Assembly: GCF_036321535.1 (NCBI RefSeq)
Contig: NC_087436.1
Location: 35,032,001-35,096,000 of the forward strand
Length of the DNA stretch: 64,000 bases
From: Camelus dromedarius
Lineage: Eukaryota
Direction of reading: 5' to 3'
The notes beneath the pieces are model-generated. The model saw only the letters and a program-made list of their open reading frames with translations. It was not told the DNA's origin and ran no database searches. Positions 38,211 to 50,142 of this stretch are shown in pieces. Positions within the stretch are counted from its first letter, which is position 1. Every line of letters starts with the position of its first letter. The translations under genes were made by a program, and so were the position numbers.

Positions 38211-39099
38211 GCCTTTCTCTCAACATGGAAAGGGCTCAACTGGGATGTTCACCTTGTCCTAGTCTGACATCATCTTAAAATGGAATCCAACTACAGCTGC
38301 AAAAATGATGCAGTAATATTGGATTGTTTTCTATTTTAAAAACAGGACTTGAGATGCTGATGGTCCAGGAGCTTTAGTCAAGCAAGAGTCAGGCTGTAGC
38401 CCCTCACCAGGTGAGGCACCCGGTCCCCTCACACCCCTCTCCCAGCCTGAAGTCCTAACTCTCTGGTCTTACCCAGACCTAGCTTTGTATGGCCACAGAG
38501 ATTGAGTCCGCCTCACCACCAGGGGTTTCTTGGCTAAACAAACTGCTTTCAATTCCTGTCTGTTCCTGGGTCACAGAGACTTCTCATTTGTTTTGAGTAT
38601 GTTCATTCATTTAATTACTAGTACTTAAATATTTTATCTATCAATCCAATAGGTTTGAAACTGAAAGGAATTATTATGCATGGGCTTATTCGGTCTTTGA
38701 AAGAAGTATCTCACATTTTTGTAACCAAAGTAATACACAGTTACACATTTAAATAAATCCTAAATTAAACAGATTTAAATGTAGTTCATTTTAACATGTA
38801 ATCTTCGTATTTCAGAGGATTTGCACTTAACAAATTGATCATAGTGGGTCAGGAAACATATCTGATTTAAGAAACCAACAAAGAAGTCACAGTCCTTTGA
38901 GAATCTAAGAAATTGTTCCAGCCACTGGGAATCTAGAGATGTAGAAAAGCTCTAACTCTGTTTTAAAGGCAGTACAGCGATGGTCTTTACAGGAAAGCAA
39001 GGAAGGGTTTCTGAACATGTTTCTTTGTATGTATTTTTGTTGTTCTCAATATAGATTTAGGTATCACTATCATGTATATTTGGAGACTTTTAGAAATAA

Positions 39100-39285
39100 T
39101 AAACAGTAATATTTATTGAGTATTTACTATATGACTAGCACTTTTCAAGTACTTCACATGTTTTAATTTCCTGAATCCTCAAAAAAAAAAGCAGGTGTAC
39201 AGAACTATTATTTCCATTTCACAGATGCCAATAGAGATAATTAAGTAATTTATAGAAGGCCATATAGCTGGTAAATAATGAAATA
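39100..39285 (-). mobile_element. MIR
   Basis: 'atatttattgagtatttactatatg...ttccatttcacagatg...ttaagtaatt...aaggccatatagctggtaa'. Confidence 0.7.
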
Positions 39286-39997
39286 TTTTCAGAATATTTA
39301 ACTGACACCTTATTTCTTACAGTGTACTCCCTTTAATTTAAAAACTATTAAAATAAAGCTATTTTTTCCAAAAAGGTAATAAAGTACAGTTTAAACCATG
39401 GCCAGCATGACTTATTTGAATAAAGACAACGACATGCTACAAGTATGTCAAGATGTCTTATTTTTGGAGAAGTTAATCTGCTGGAGAAGTTTAATGAGAA
39501 ACTTTTTTGCTGGAAATACAGTGATTGAATTTTTTTTCAATAAAGAATAAAAACACATGGCCTGAATTTAGGACAGAACACTGAAACAGAAACTGCTGTA
39601 ATTTTTTTTGAGATGTTTATTCATCATAACTTAAAGTGACAAAATTATGAGGCATACAGACTGTTTACAGTTCTGGGGTTTTTCATCATGTTTGCATTTT
39701 GGTGAAATAAAAGTTGTATTTGCTCTTTTCTTTTTCCCATAAATTGCTCAGTGATGTTTAAGTTACTTATTATACTCACATATTTTAAAGATAGTGATAA
39801 TGGATTAATTTCTGCCCCTCTACAGTACACAGGAGACAAATTCAATACTGTGGTACAGGATAGTGTAGTTTTAAACAGAAGGAAAGGCAAGGGTGTCTTT
39901 TTTCTCTCCTAACTTAAATTAAGTAATTCATGATATTCATTGCTTTTATTAATTTCCATAAAATAGAGATATGTCCTTCACTATACATAAAAGAAGA

Positions 39998-40627
39998 AAG
40001 AATGGCACAACCATTTTGGAAAACAGCTTGGCAGTTTCATAAAACATTAAACAGATACCTACCAATGACTATTTCACACAACCAAGAGAAAAGGAAATAT
40101 ATGTCTGTACAAAATTCGTACATGAACGATCACAGAAACTTTATTTGTAATAACTCCAAACTGGGGGAAAAAAAATAAAAACAATAATCTGAATGTCCAT
40201 TAACAGATAAATGGATAAACACAGCATGGTATATTCAAACCTTGAAGTAGTACTCAGCAATGACAATGGATGAACTATTGATACATTCAACAACGTAGTG
40301 AATCGCAAGTAGTTATTCTCAGTGAAAGAAGCTAGCCATCCACTAAAAACCTGTTCATACTGTATGAATCCATATAGAAAATGTAAACTAACTTATAGTG
40401 ACAGAAGATAGATTAGTGGTCCCCTGGGGGGAGGGGACCAGCAGGGAAGGGAGTGAGGGAGCACAAAGAAACTTTAAAAGGAGATAAATATGTTCACAAC
40501 CTTATTGTGTTGATGCTAGTGTGTGTGTGTGTGGTGTGTGTGTGTGTGTGTGTGTGTGAAAACTTATCAAATTAGACTATTTAAATTTAAACAGTATATT
40601 TCTGTCAATTCTACCTCAAAAAAGTTC
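39998..40627 (+). mobile_element. LINE-1 3' end (L1ME/L1MB-like) containing (TG)n at about 40519-40558
   Basis: 'ttttggaaaacagcttggcagtttc', 'gataaatggataaac', 'atagtgacagaagatagattagtggt', ends 'gtcaattctacctcaaaaaagtt'. Confidence 0.88.
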
Positions 40628-43230
40628 TAAACTTTTAAAAAAATAAATTCAACATAAAAAGAATGACTCTGAAATCAGTAATTTAAAATCTTTTTAATAG
40701 GCTTAACTGTGTATCATCAGTATGGAAAACTTTTCACTTGCTATTTTAGAACAGCTACTAGACTATAACAGGACTGCATTTACATTTTTTTCCTGGAATG
40801 TACTTAACAGATTGTAATTGCTTGATGAAGGTAATCTAAATAATCTTTTTATATGGGTTTCTTTTATCTACCATAGGACTATAGTAAGTACATTTTAGAG
40901 TGCATTCTTGTTATAATTTTCTTGTAAACTCTTTTTAAAGTGGACATTTGATGCCCACTAATAAGAAAAAACTGCATTTCAATAAGTCTTCCCCATAACT
41001 AACTTCCTTTGCTATAATATTATCAAATTATTGATTTTTCCTTCCCAGAAAATCAGTTTAAATTACTCTTAATTTCCAGAAATGGGTTGATAGCACTTGC
41101 ATTCTTTTATGTACTTGTTCAGAAAGAAAAATGGACTAACCCATTATCAAATTACCCACTTCCTAATTGTGATAGTCAAAGGATTGTCCAATAGATCAGC
41201 TTAATGATCATTCCTAGCAGCACTGTGGCTCAACAACCAGAAAACATCCAGGGACTGCTCCAGGAGACTTACCCTAAATCTTGGAAACCACGGGCTCCAC
41301 CTAGTGGTGCTTCTCCCAGTTGCTATGACGGTTTTGAATCTAACATTTAGCTTTTTGTTCATGACATTGTTTTTGCTTAAATTGTTTTAATAAATAATAA
41401 AATAACAACTCTGTTTTATTTAATGTAATACTATTCAACAGAGTTGTAGTTGTCATCATTTTTCTAATTACACCTTATTACTATAGTACTTCATACGATG
41501 CTTTGATTGAATTTATGATCAGTGGAAAGAAAATAGGATTTTTTTTAATGGTAAGGAAGTGGAGAGATGTATATGATAGCATTTTCTAAAAAGGGAGTCC
41601 ATTAGCCAGTTCGTACAATCTCTAAGAATATGATGAAGGAAATGAATCTAATGATTCCACAATATAAATTATACAAAGCAATGATCTCACGATCATGATT
41701 TTAAGTTCTCTGCAGCTTTTTATTTGCAAATGGTTGCTCTTTGAGACACCAGATTTCTTCACCAGAATGTCTTATTTTTTATTTAAAATTGTAATTACAT
41801 GTGGCTCACATTTAGATGAAACAGGCACTTGTTACACACCAATTAGGAATCCTAAAATGATCACACATTTTGCTCACCAGACAAAAAGATACTCAGAGAT
41901 TCAGATTAAGCAGCCTTGAGAAAACACATTCTGTTGCCACTGGATTAGACCCTTAGAAAAATGTGAGTTACCTGACATGTTAGGGAAGGCTTCAAAATAC
42001 TCTACAAAACTTCTGAGAAGAATGTCTGGAACTAGGAGTCAGATAGAAGGAGGAGCTCCAGAACTAGAAGTCTCAACTGCTTTTATCTGTCCTTCAAATT
42101 GTTTCACTTCCCCTTCTGATATACCCTCCACTCATTCATCAATCCACTTACACATGCACAAGGGGACACACACACACACATATGGTTTTCTAAGACGGAA
42201 GGAAAGAACATTCTAGGGCAACCAAGGGTGAACACCAGGGGTTGGTGGAGTACATCGCTCCTGGTGGACATTCCTTAGCCCTACCAGAAAGCTAGGTTGA
42301 GATTCACAATCTTCTAGGAGCCACCACTCTTGCTGTGAGTAGAGTGTGTGGCAATCTACCTTCCCGGAGCCCTGGCGATACCCCAGTTGCAGAGCACAAG
42401 CTCACTGGCTCACCCGAGTAGAGCGACAATGCTACAACCACATCAGAGAAAGCCTGGGTAACAAGAGTATGACGATAGGGAGGGGAGAGCTGTTTTTCCA
42501 GATCCCCTGTATGGGTGTAGTCCCTGGCACATCACAGATGATCACTGAAGACAGCAATAAAAAAAAAAATTAAAGATTCATCTGCTAGGCCCTGCTCTAT
42601 TATTGAGTTGCTACGTAATCCTATGCCCTTTTCATTTTAACAAATAAAAATTAACATTTATATATATTGTATATATGTTATATATGTACCCTGAACTAGC
42701 CTATATTTTAAAAATACATGAAAGCACTGATCACCAATAGCTTAGGAGGGGCGTGCCTTTCTCAGAATCAATTTAGAAGTATGCTGTCCCTGTGGGCTGG
42801 AGGGCCTCCCCCGTACCTTTTAGGAAAACCTCTTAGGTTTCACACTGTTCTATCTATTCTATCTACCACAGAACTTTGGAATACATTCCTGATCTAGAAA
42901 AAGGAGGACAGTACCTACTTTCTTCCCTTCTCCCTCTTTTGCTCAAGATTACAACCAGGAAATCAGATGCGAACAATTCTTATAGGAACTAAAACCAGAG
43001 TTCTCAATACGGAACATTTGTGTGATGAAGATGTTAGGAGTCATATACAAAATGTAATCATATGCACATGTCTGGTGGGACACGCAGGAGCCATGTGGCT
43101 CTTATGGTTACTGGTGATTTCAAATGAGTGTCTAGAAGCACATGGCTTTGCATATGGTTGCCATAGACACAAACGTGCAATTTATAGAATCCCAAACCTA
43201 GAGGATTAATTTTAATAACTTCCATCAAGA

Positions 43231-43512
43231 AGCAATATAGCATCGCAGTTGACAGCATGGGCCCTGGTGCCAGGCTGCCAGGGTGCAAATCCCCACCCCG
43301 TAGCGGATCACGTGTGTGTCCCTGAGCAAGGCAGTTACTCTCCCCTTGCCCTAATGTTATTATCAATAAAACAAATACAGTAATAGTACAAACATAGCTG
43401 GGTTATTATGTGATTTAAGTGAATTCAGGTATCATATATATATTCACGCACACTCACACGCATGCACATAAAACAGCATCCCACACAAGTAAGTGCACAA
43501 CACGTTATTTAT
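43231..43512 (+). mobile_element. Near full-length MIR
   Basis: 'gcaatatagcatcgcagttgacagcatgggccctggtgccaggctgccagggtgcaaatccc...ctgagcaag...taatagtac...ggttattatgtgatttaagtga...agtaagtgcac'. Confidence 0.8.
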
Positions 43513-44052
43513 AAGACTTGTAACTTCTGGTTACCTGCTCCACAGGAGACAACTGTATGTCTGAATAAGACTTATCTTCCAAGACCTTGTTGGTCTGACC
43601 TCTCTGCATCCAGCATCGTTATTGTCTCAGTATCTAAACAAGACGGCTTCTTTGCGCCTCTCCAAGTTTGGCTCAATCATCAGTATTATTCTCTCCCTCC
43701 ACGTAGCTTCTGAATTGAGAGGACAAGAGGCTTTTAAGCATTTTTGGTCATGAGATACCTTGCATAATGGAAGCTCACTGTAGGAATGTGGGAAACCTTG
43801 CCCTTTCACCGACAGGCGTCTGAGCGGCCCGACGTGCATGTGACTTTATTGACTCCTGGTCTCTGCTTCTACTTAAGTGTCTTCTCTACCTTTTTCGGCT
43901 AACAGCTGGTTGACTTCTTCCAGGTTTCTCATTCCAATTCAGGAAGTTCTAGCTTTGTTCATTAGCATTACCTCTGGGACAAGCTTGGCAGTGCCACCAT
44001 CCTCTGGCCAGTCTCCAGACTGGCGATGCCTGCTCCAAGGCCAGCTCCCATG

Positions 44053-44244
44053 CAGGAGATCTCAAACTTTACCATGAATTATATCAGAATCACCTGGTGG
44101 CTTATGAAAACCCAGGCTGCTGCGCCCTACCCACACAGTTTCCAGGCTACAGGTTAGTGGGTGAGGCCTGAGAATTTGCATCTATCAAAGGCCCCCAGAC
44201 GGTGCTAATGCTGCTGTTCCAGGAACCACGCTTCAGAACACCTG
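44053..44244. mobile_element. MER5A-like hAT-Charlie element
   Basis: 'tctcaaacttt...atcagaatcacctgg...ggcctgagaatttgcat...gtgctaatgctgctg..ggaaccacgctt'. Confidence 0.85.
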
Positions 44245-45089
44245 TCAAAGAGCAGTGATCATCCTTTTCTCAAGAAATAATTTTAAGCAACGTCCCTCGG
44301 TAGCGGGTTTAAAAGAAGCAGTTCCCTTGGAAGGAGAACTCAGGATTGTAAAGTGTCAAGTAAATTACATCTCAATAAAGCTGACTGAAAATTAAAAGCT
44401 AGGTTAATGCAGGAATTCGCCTCCAACCCAGACATCCACTTCGAGTTGCCCTCAATCAGAATCATGATCTCTTTCAGTGCATCCCTGCTCTCTGAACCAA
44501 GGTGAGTTAAGCTGCAATTTTCTGTTTTTTTAATTTTTTTTCCTGGAAAATGAGTCCCTTTCATAAACACTCCATAGTAGACTTTATGTATTAGCTCTCT
44601 CTCGGGTATATCTAGACAGCTCTCTCTCTCAGTATTCCAGAGTCCTGCATACACATCTTAAAAACACAGAAACATAGACAGGAAAGTGATTTCCTATCAG
44701 AAAATACTGGAGAAAAAGACACAAAACTAATTTTAAATATAAATAGTGATAAGCAGCGTTTACTGTATCCAGAAGTGATGCTATTTTGTTGTTGTTTTTG
44801 GCTCCCTAGTTTTATCATTCATTAGCTTCAGCAGAGTTAATTTTACGGTGCAATAACTTAGAAAAAAGTTGGAAGTGGTAGATGCCATTTTCCTAGGTAA
44901 TAATTTTAAGCAAACACAGTAAATGAAACAACTAAAAGCAAAATTGCTCTGCTTGAAATGAACACAGGGAACCGATATCTAGTCCGGCAGCCTTCTTTCT
45001 CCACACTCTCCCAGCAGGGTGGCTGCCAGGGCGTCTCCCCTTGTCCCTGGGCTCTAGGGAACCCAATCGGGAAGCCTCTGGCGGTGTGG

Positions 45090-45260
45090 ACATGACATGA
45101 ACGCTGAGGCAGAAATCAGTCTTTTGTTTCCACCCATCACTTAGCGGTGTGAATTTAGGCAAATATCCTGAGAGTCAGCTTCCTTACCTAAAAATGGGGT
45201 TGGAAATCCCTTGCTGAATGTATTGTTGTGATAAACTGAAGAATAAATACCACAGCCCCT
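45090..45260 (+). mobile_element. MIR fragment
   Basis: 'cacttagcggtgtgaatttaggcaa...tcagcttccttacctaaaaatgggg...ttgttgtga'. Confidence 0.6.
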
Positions 45261-46703
45261 GCAATATTGTGAGTTTCATAAATATGATTTCCCTTCTTTC
45301 CTTATTCCTTTCTGAATCTGAACTGGAAAGACTGTGACGTACAGAAGCATCGAGTTCACATTTTACTCTTTCAAAGGCACACAAAGTCCAAGATAGAGCA
45401 TGCAAACATGAGACCCACAGCTGGAATTCTCAGAATTAGGTTTTAAGTCAGGAGGCTTTTTCTTTTTTTTTTCTTTAACCTCCAAAGGATCAAAGTATGA
45501 AAACCATTAAATAACTGGGAATAGAGTTCCTTCTTATACACCCTGTCACATAAAAGACAATCGGAACATATGCCTTCCAGGCCACTTCAACTGCTGTATT
45601 TCTAACACTGTTTAATATTTGTGGAGATCCACTGTGGGCTTAAAGTAATTTAAATTTCTAAAATGTCAATTAACAAAAACTCAGAAGGAAAACTCAGAAC
45701 TGAACAATCTTTCTTCAGCAGGTCAATAATGCACAGTGTTGAAGGAAATTCTTAACTTTAAGGAAATTCTAAAGTTTTAAGGAAATTCCAAGGCACATAT
45801 TTCTCTCAGGAAGGAAAGTAAATACATAGACTTGCCTACTTTATAGACAGTTCAAATGAAGATATAGAAGACACGTGAAAATCGGCAAATGTTTCAATAA
45901 TTTCCAAATTCCAGATCCATTTTATCTTGGTACTTCTGTGTGGCTATTTGCACAGCTACTTGTCTATACTCAAGGGCGTACTATGGGGAAGAGACACATT
46001 CTTTTATATGAATAGGGCTGCCTTGTAAGATAAGGAACCATTTCTCCCAGCTGTGCTGGAAAAAGCAGACCATGGTTTAAAAAGGGCAAAAATTCATAAT
46101 ATTTTTCCTGCCAGTGTGAGAGGAACACCCTTGTGTACCATTTTTTCTGCTCATAATGTCTGAAGTTTTTGAACTATGTTTTGGGGCACAGCCTGGGGCA
46201 AAGTCGATTTGTAAAGTAAGCGAGCATTTTCTCTAGTGTATGTCAGCACTTCTGCACTCCTACTCTTTTGCATCTGAAAGCCACTTTTAAAGAGAGGAAG
46301 CACGTGTCCAGGCTCAATGCCTTGCTCTCCAGATGGGAAACCACAGCCAAACTACACCGCTTTGCCAGTGGAAGGACATGCCAACTTCATAGTGGACATT
46401 CCAGTCTCCTGCCTCCAACTTCCTGCTGTACATCCCCCCTTCAGAAGCCCCGCGGGCACCTCACGCTCAACCTGTGCTCAGCCTATCCTCTGCCCAGTGC
46501 GCTGCCCCCACCTCCACCTCCAGCCTGACCTATAAAACCGCTCTTCAGGAAACTGCCTGCTGTGCGCCTGGTAGCTCAGCCAGAGGCCATACCTGGCCCA
46601 CTCCCTGGTCTTCATTCTCTCGTCAGATCTGCCATCACTCCCACCTCCTAGTTACCTCGTTAGACTTGGCCCATTTCTCTTCTTCTGCACAGCCACCACC
46701 TTT

Positions 46704-47361
46704 AACATTTTTTATTGATTTGTAATCATTTTACAGTGTGTCAAATTCCAGTGTAGAGCACAATTTTTCAGTTATACATGAACATATATATATTCATTGT
46801 CACATTTTTTTCTCTGTGAGCTACCATAAGATCTTGTGTATATTTCCCTGTGCTTTACAGTGTAATCTTGTTTATCTATTCTACATTTTGAAATCCTGTC
46901 TATCCCTTCCCACCCTCCACCCCCTTGGCAACCACAAGTTTGTATTCTATGTCTATGAGTCTATTTCTGTTTTGTATTTATGTTTGTTTTTTGTTTTTGT
47001 TTTTGTTTTTTAGATTCCACATATGAGCAATCTCATACGGTATTTTTCTTTCTCTTTCTGGCTTACTTCACTTAGAATGACATTCTCCAGGAGCATCCAT
47101 GTTGCTGCAAATGGCGTTATGTTGTCTGTTTTTATGGCTGAATAGTATTCCATTGTATAAATATACCACATCTTCTTTATCCAGTCATCCATTGATGGAC
47201 ATTTAGGCTGTTTCCATGTCTTGGCTATTGTAAATAGTGCTGCTATGAACATTGGGGTGCAGGTGTCATTTTGAAGTAGGGTTCCTTCTGGATTTAAGCC
47301 CAGGAGCGGGATTCCTGGGTCATATGGTAAGTCTATTCCTAGTCTTTTGAGGAATCTCCAT
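46704..47361 (-). mobile_element. Young 5'-truncated camelid-type LINE-1 (ORF2 C-terminus plus 3' UTR) with perfect TSD
   Basis: Uninterrupted frame 47010-47361(-): WRFLKRLGIDLPYDPGIPLLG...TPMFIAALFTIAKTWKQPKCPSMDDWIKKMWYIYTMEYYSAIK...LSEVSQKEKEKY...GI*; flanking repeat gccaccacctttaa at 46692-46705 and 47362-47375. Confidence 0.97.
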
Positions 47362-47375
47362 GCCACCACCTTTAA

Positions 47376-47760
47376 ACAACTTCCTAACTGTTCCCCTGTA
47401 TTCTCTTTACACCTAGAGCAACTGTTTATAATGCAAGTTACTAGCATTTTTCAACGCTTTACCATTGCCTTGAAGATAGAATCCAATTTCTTTAGACCCT
47501 CCATAGCATGGACTCTGGCTGTCTTTTGTCTTCTTTCTTTTTATTCTTTCCCTGTCTTTCGCTCTCTCTGTCAATATGGGAATCTTCCATTCATTTGAAA
47601 GCACAAAGTTCTCTCTCTTCTTTGAGCTTTTTAACTTTTTCACCCTTTAACTAGGAGAATCTGTATCAACTCATTTAGGTAGTCCTGCTCAAGCTTTCGG
47701 TTCCAGCAAGATGTTATCTCCTTCAGGACTACCCTCCCTCCACCCAGCCGCCACCAGACA
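47376..47760 (+). mobile_element. L2 LINE fragment (target of the young L1)
   Basis: 'aacttcctaactg', 'ccattgccttgaagatagaatccaa', 'tatctccttcaggact..cct' are sense L2 motifs. Confidence 0.6.
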
Positions 47761-48224
47761 TCTACGTGCTGGGCCACCTTCCTGAGATGTGCGCCCAGCC
47801 CTGGGATCCCAGGAGAGCCACAAAAGCATTAGTATTGGACTTCTTCACTGCAACTGATCACCCCAAAGTTTGGGGTGTGACTGAGGGTCATAGAAAGTCA
47901 GAAAATCCTCCAAGTGGAGAAACAGAGACGAGGATCAGGGTCCCCCTCCTGAACTGTACTGCTGGTTCCAGCTGGTCCCAACCACTGAAGGGAGATCTAA
48001 CAACTGTGAGGAAACACTCAAAAGACTGGGTTCCGAGGCCATGTCTATATTAAGGTTCCCATTTACCCCGAGTCTAAGGAACTGAGGGAAGTCCAGCTTT
48101 TCAAATTTCCTCTTTCTGGTTCAAATGATTAAGTTTGGACGGTGTAGGGGCAAAATTTCCATACGGTTAAGTATCTTTGTACAACTAACAGATATTCATG
48201 TAGGCTTTCTTAAACCAAATGGGA

Positions 48225-48620
48225 ATGCACTGCACGGATACAGAGGTATCTAGTGAAACCCCAGGGCAGAAATATGGCTGGCCAAGGAAAGGAACTAGAA
48301 TGAAGAATTTAAAACCTTTTGGATGTTTCTTTTAGTATTCCTCCTCTCTGCTCCTCCTCTGCATTATTTCCCTTCAGCTCCCTGCGGACTGGCTTTTTCT
48401 GCTTTGCCCACAAGCAAACCATGGATGAGGCACAGTTCTCTAGTTTAAATGCTGGAGATCTAGTCTTGTAGCCTCAGGTCCTAATTGGAAGTGGTCCCAG
48501 CTCTGTTTCTGAAAGAGAGAATCTGATGGGCTCAGTGTCACTTAGCTGCCCACATTCGACCCACTGAGCTATATCCAAAAAGAAGAAGTTACACAGCAAA
48601 AACATAACACTCAGCGCCAC
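48225..48620 (-). mobile_element. Old MaLR LTR fragment (MLT1K/L-like)
   Basis: 'ggactggctttttctgct', 'gagagaatctgatgggctcag', 'gcccac...acccactgagctat'. Confidence 0.45.
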
Positions 48621-50128
48621 GTTTCTGTAACTCAGTGGGAGGTCGGCACAGAAATGTTTCTGGGGCCCCACAGGACTCCCTGCCCTCAGGCTCAGTCCAC
48701 AGGGCCACCTGCCTTCCTAGTTCCCAGGCAGCTGAAGTCCCTACCACTATCTAAGAGCTCACCATACTCCTGTATGCCCCAAATCCACGTGATGTTGTAA
48801 AATGCTTCCATCTTGCCTGCTCCATGAAATATTATTTCTCTACTTCTTTTTTCCTTTCAAAAGGCTACCAATAGGATAAAGTGGGGTGGGGAGTTATCTT
48901 TTTCCTGCCAGTAGGACATCATCCCTTTAGGTCTCAAAAAATGTTCTCTCCATTTTACAGATGCTAGTAGTCCCGGTTTTATTTTATTCCCTATTTATTA
49001 GCACCCCCTTGTCTAAGACTGGCTATTTCAAATGAACTGGATCAGAACCTAATCTGTCCTCACTACTGCAGCCTAAGATAATCCCAAACTAAGGGCCCTT
49101 CCCTTGTCACTCTCCCCGGGACACAGAGGAACGCCTTGCTGTCTGACCCACTGCACATTGTTCTCACATGCTGAGAAGTGTTAGCACAATGGACATGGCT
49201 ACCAAAAGTTTTAAAATCTCCAACTGTCTAGTTTCCCTTTAACCTCTTTTTCTTCATGATAGTAGAGCCCTATTGGGCCCATCAAAACCCACTGACAGGT
49301 CCAGCAAGGGCTGAACTGGCAGAAGGATCAGGGCTCAAACAGAGGATGGCTCTCCATGGGGTGAAACAGGAAGTGATCTGCCAGTCTGCCTTTCTGTGAC
49401 ACTATTTCATTTTAACAAGGCCATATAAACGGTTAGCAGTCAGTTTACTGAAAGGCCTCCTTTAATTATACTTTAACCTCCTGGTTTCCCTCCCACCACA
49501 ACCCAGTAATGCTCAGGTGAAGCAGAGGCAAAGTGTCACCAGCAAGACGCTCTCCTGCTGCAGAGCTGCAGAGCCTCGTGCACACTGGACTTTCTGTCAG
49601 CAGCTGTTCCTCATCTGCCCCTTCCTCCCTCTTCCCAGACATTGGAACTTCTTCCAAAAGACATTTTCCTTCTTTGCCAAACTATCCATATGTTAAACTA
49701 AAAAGTTATTCCTTCCACCCTGGGGACTTCTGGTTTTAAGCTTGAAAAATTTGCTACACAGTACTTTTTTATTTGTTCCTCCTTTTGAACAATTCAATAA
49801 GTAGATCAATTTCTCTATCCTTCTTCCCTGTCTGTCTCTCTCTTTCTCTCTCTCTCTCACTCTTGCTTTGTGATACTCCACAGGTGAAAACATTCATTCG
49901 GCAGTATACATTTTTTAGCTTCTATCCTGGAATTTCTAAATCCCATTTTTTTCAAACTACTTTCTGAAGATTATCTTATCCAATGCATTCATAAATCCTC
50001 ACAATATCTGCCAAAAGCAATAAAGAGAGCAGGTGTTACCTTGCTCAAGAAAAATTCAGCATTTTGGTGAAATTTAATACAATTTTATTTGAAACAATAA
50101 AAACACACTTTTCCATTTCTCAAAATGT

Positions 50129-50142
50129 CCACTAGATGGCAG
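50129..50142 (+). promoter_or_regulatory. Candidate CTCF-binding site
   Basis: CCACTAGATGGCAG, 14/14 match to the core consensus CCRSYAGRKGGCRS, in sequence with no recognised repeat. Confidence 0.55.

Noticed and set aside
44086..44101. CCACCAGGTG CTCF-like half motif on minus
   Set aside because: The 3' half of the consensus is missing and the sequence is part of a MER5A-like element.
47010..47447. 145-aa ORF with clear protein similarity
   Set aside because: It is the C-terminus of L1 ORF2 in a 5'-truncated insertion, extended by chance into flanking DNA; not a host gene.
47859..47877. Inverted repeat caccccaaa-g-tttggggtg
   Set aside because: 9-bp arms are plausible by chance in 64 kb, and there is no supporting context.
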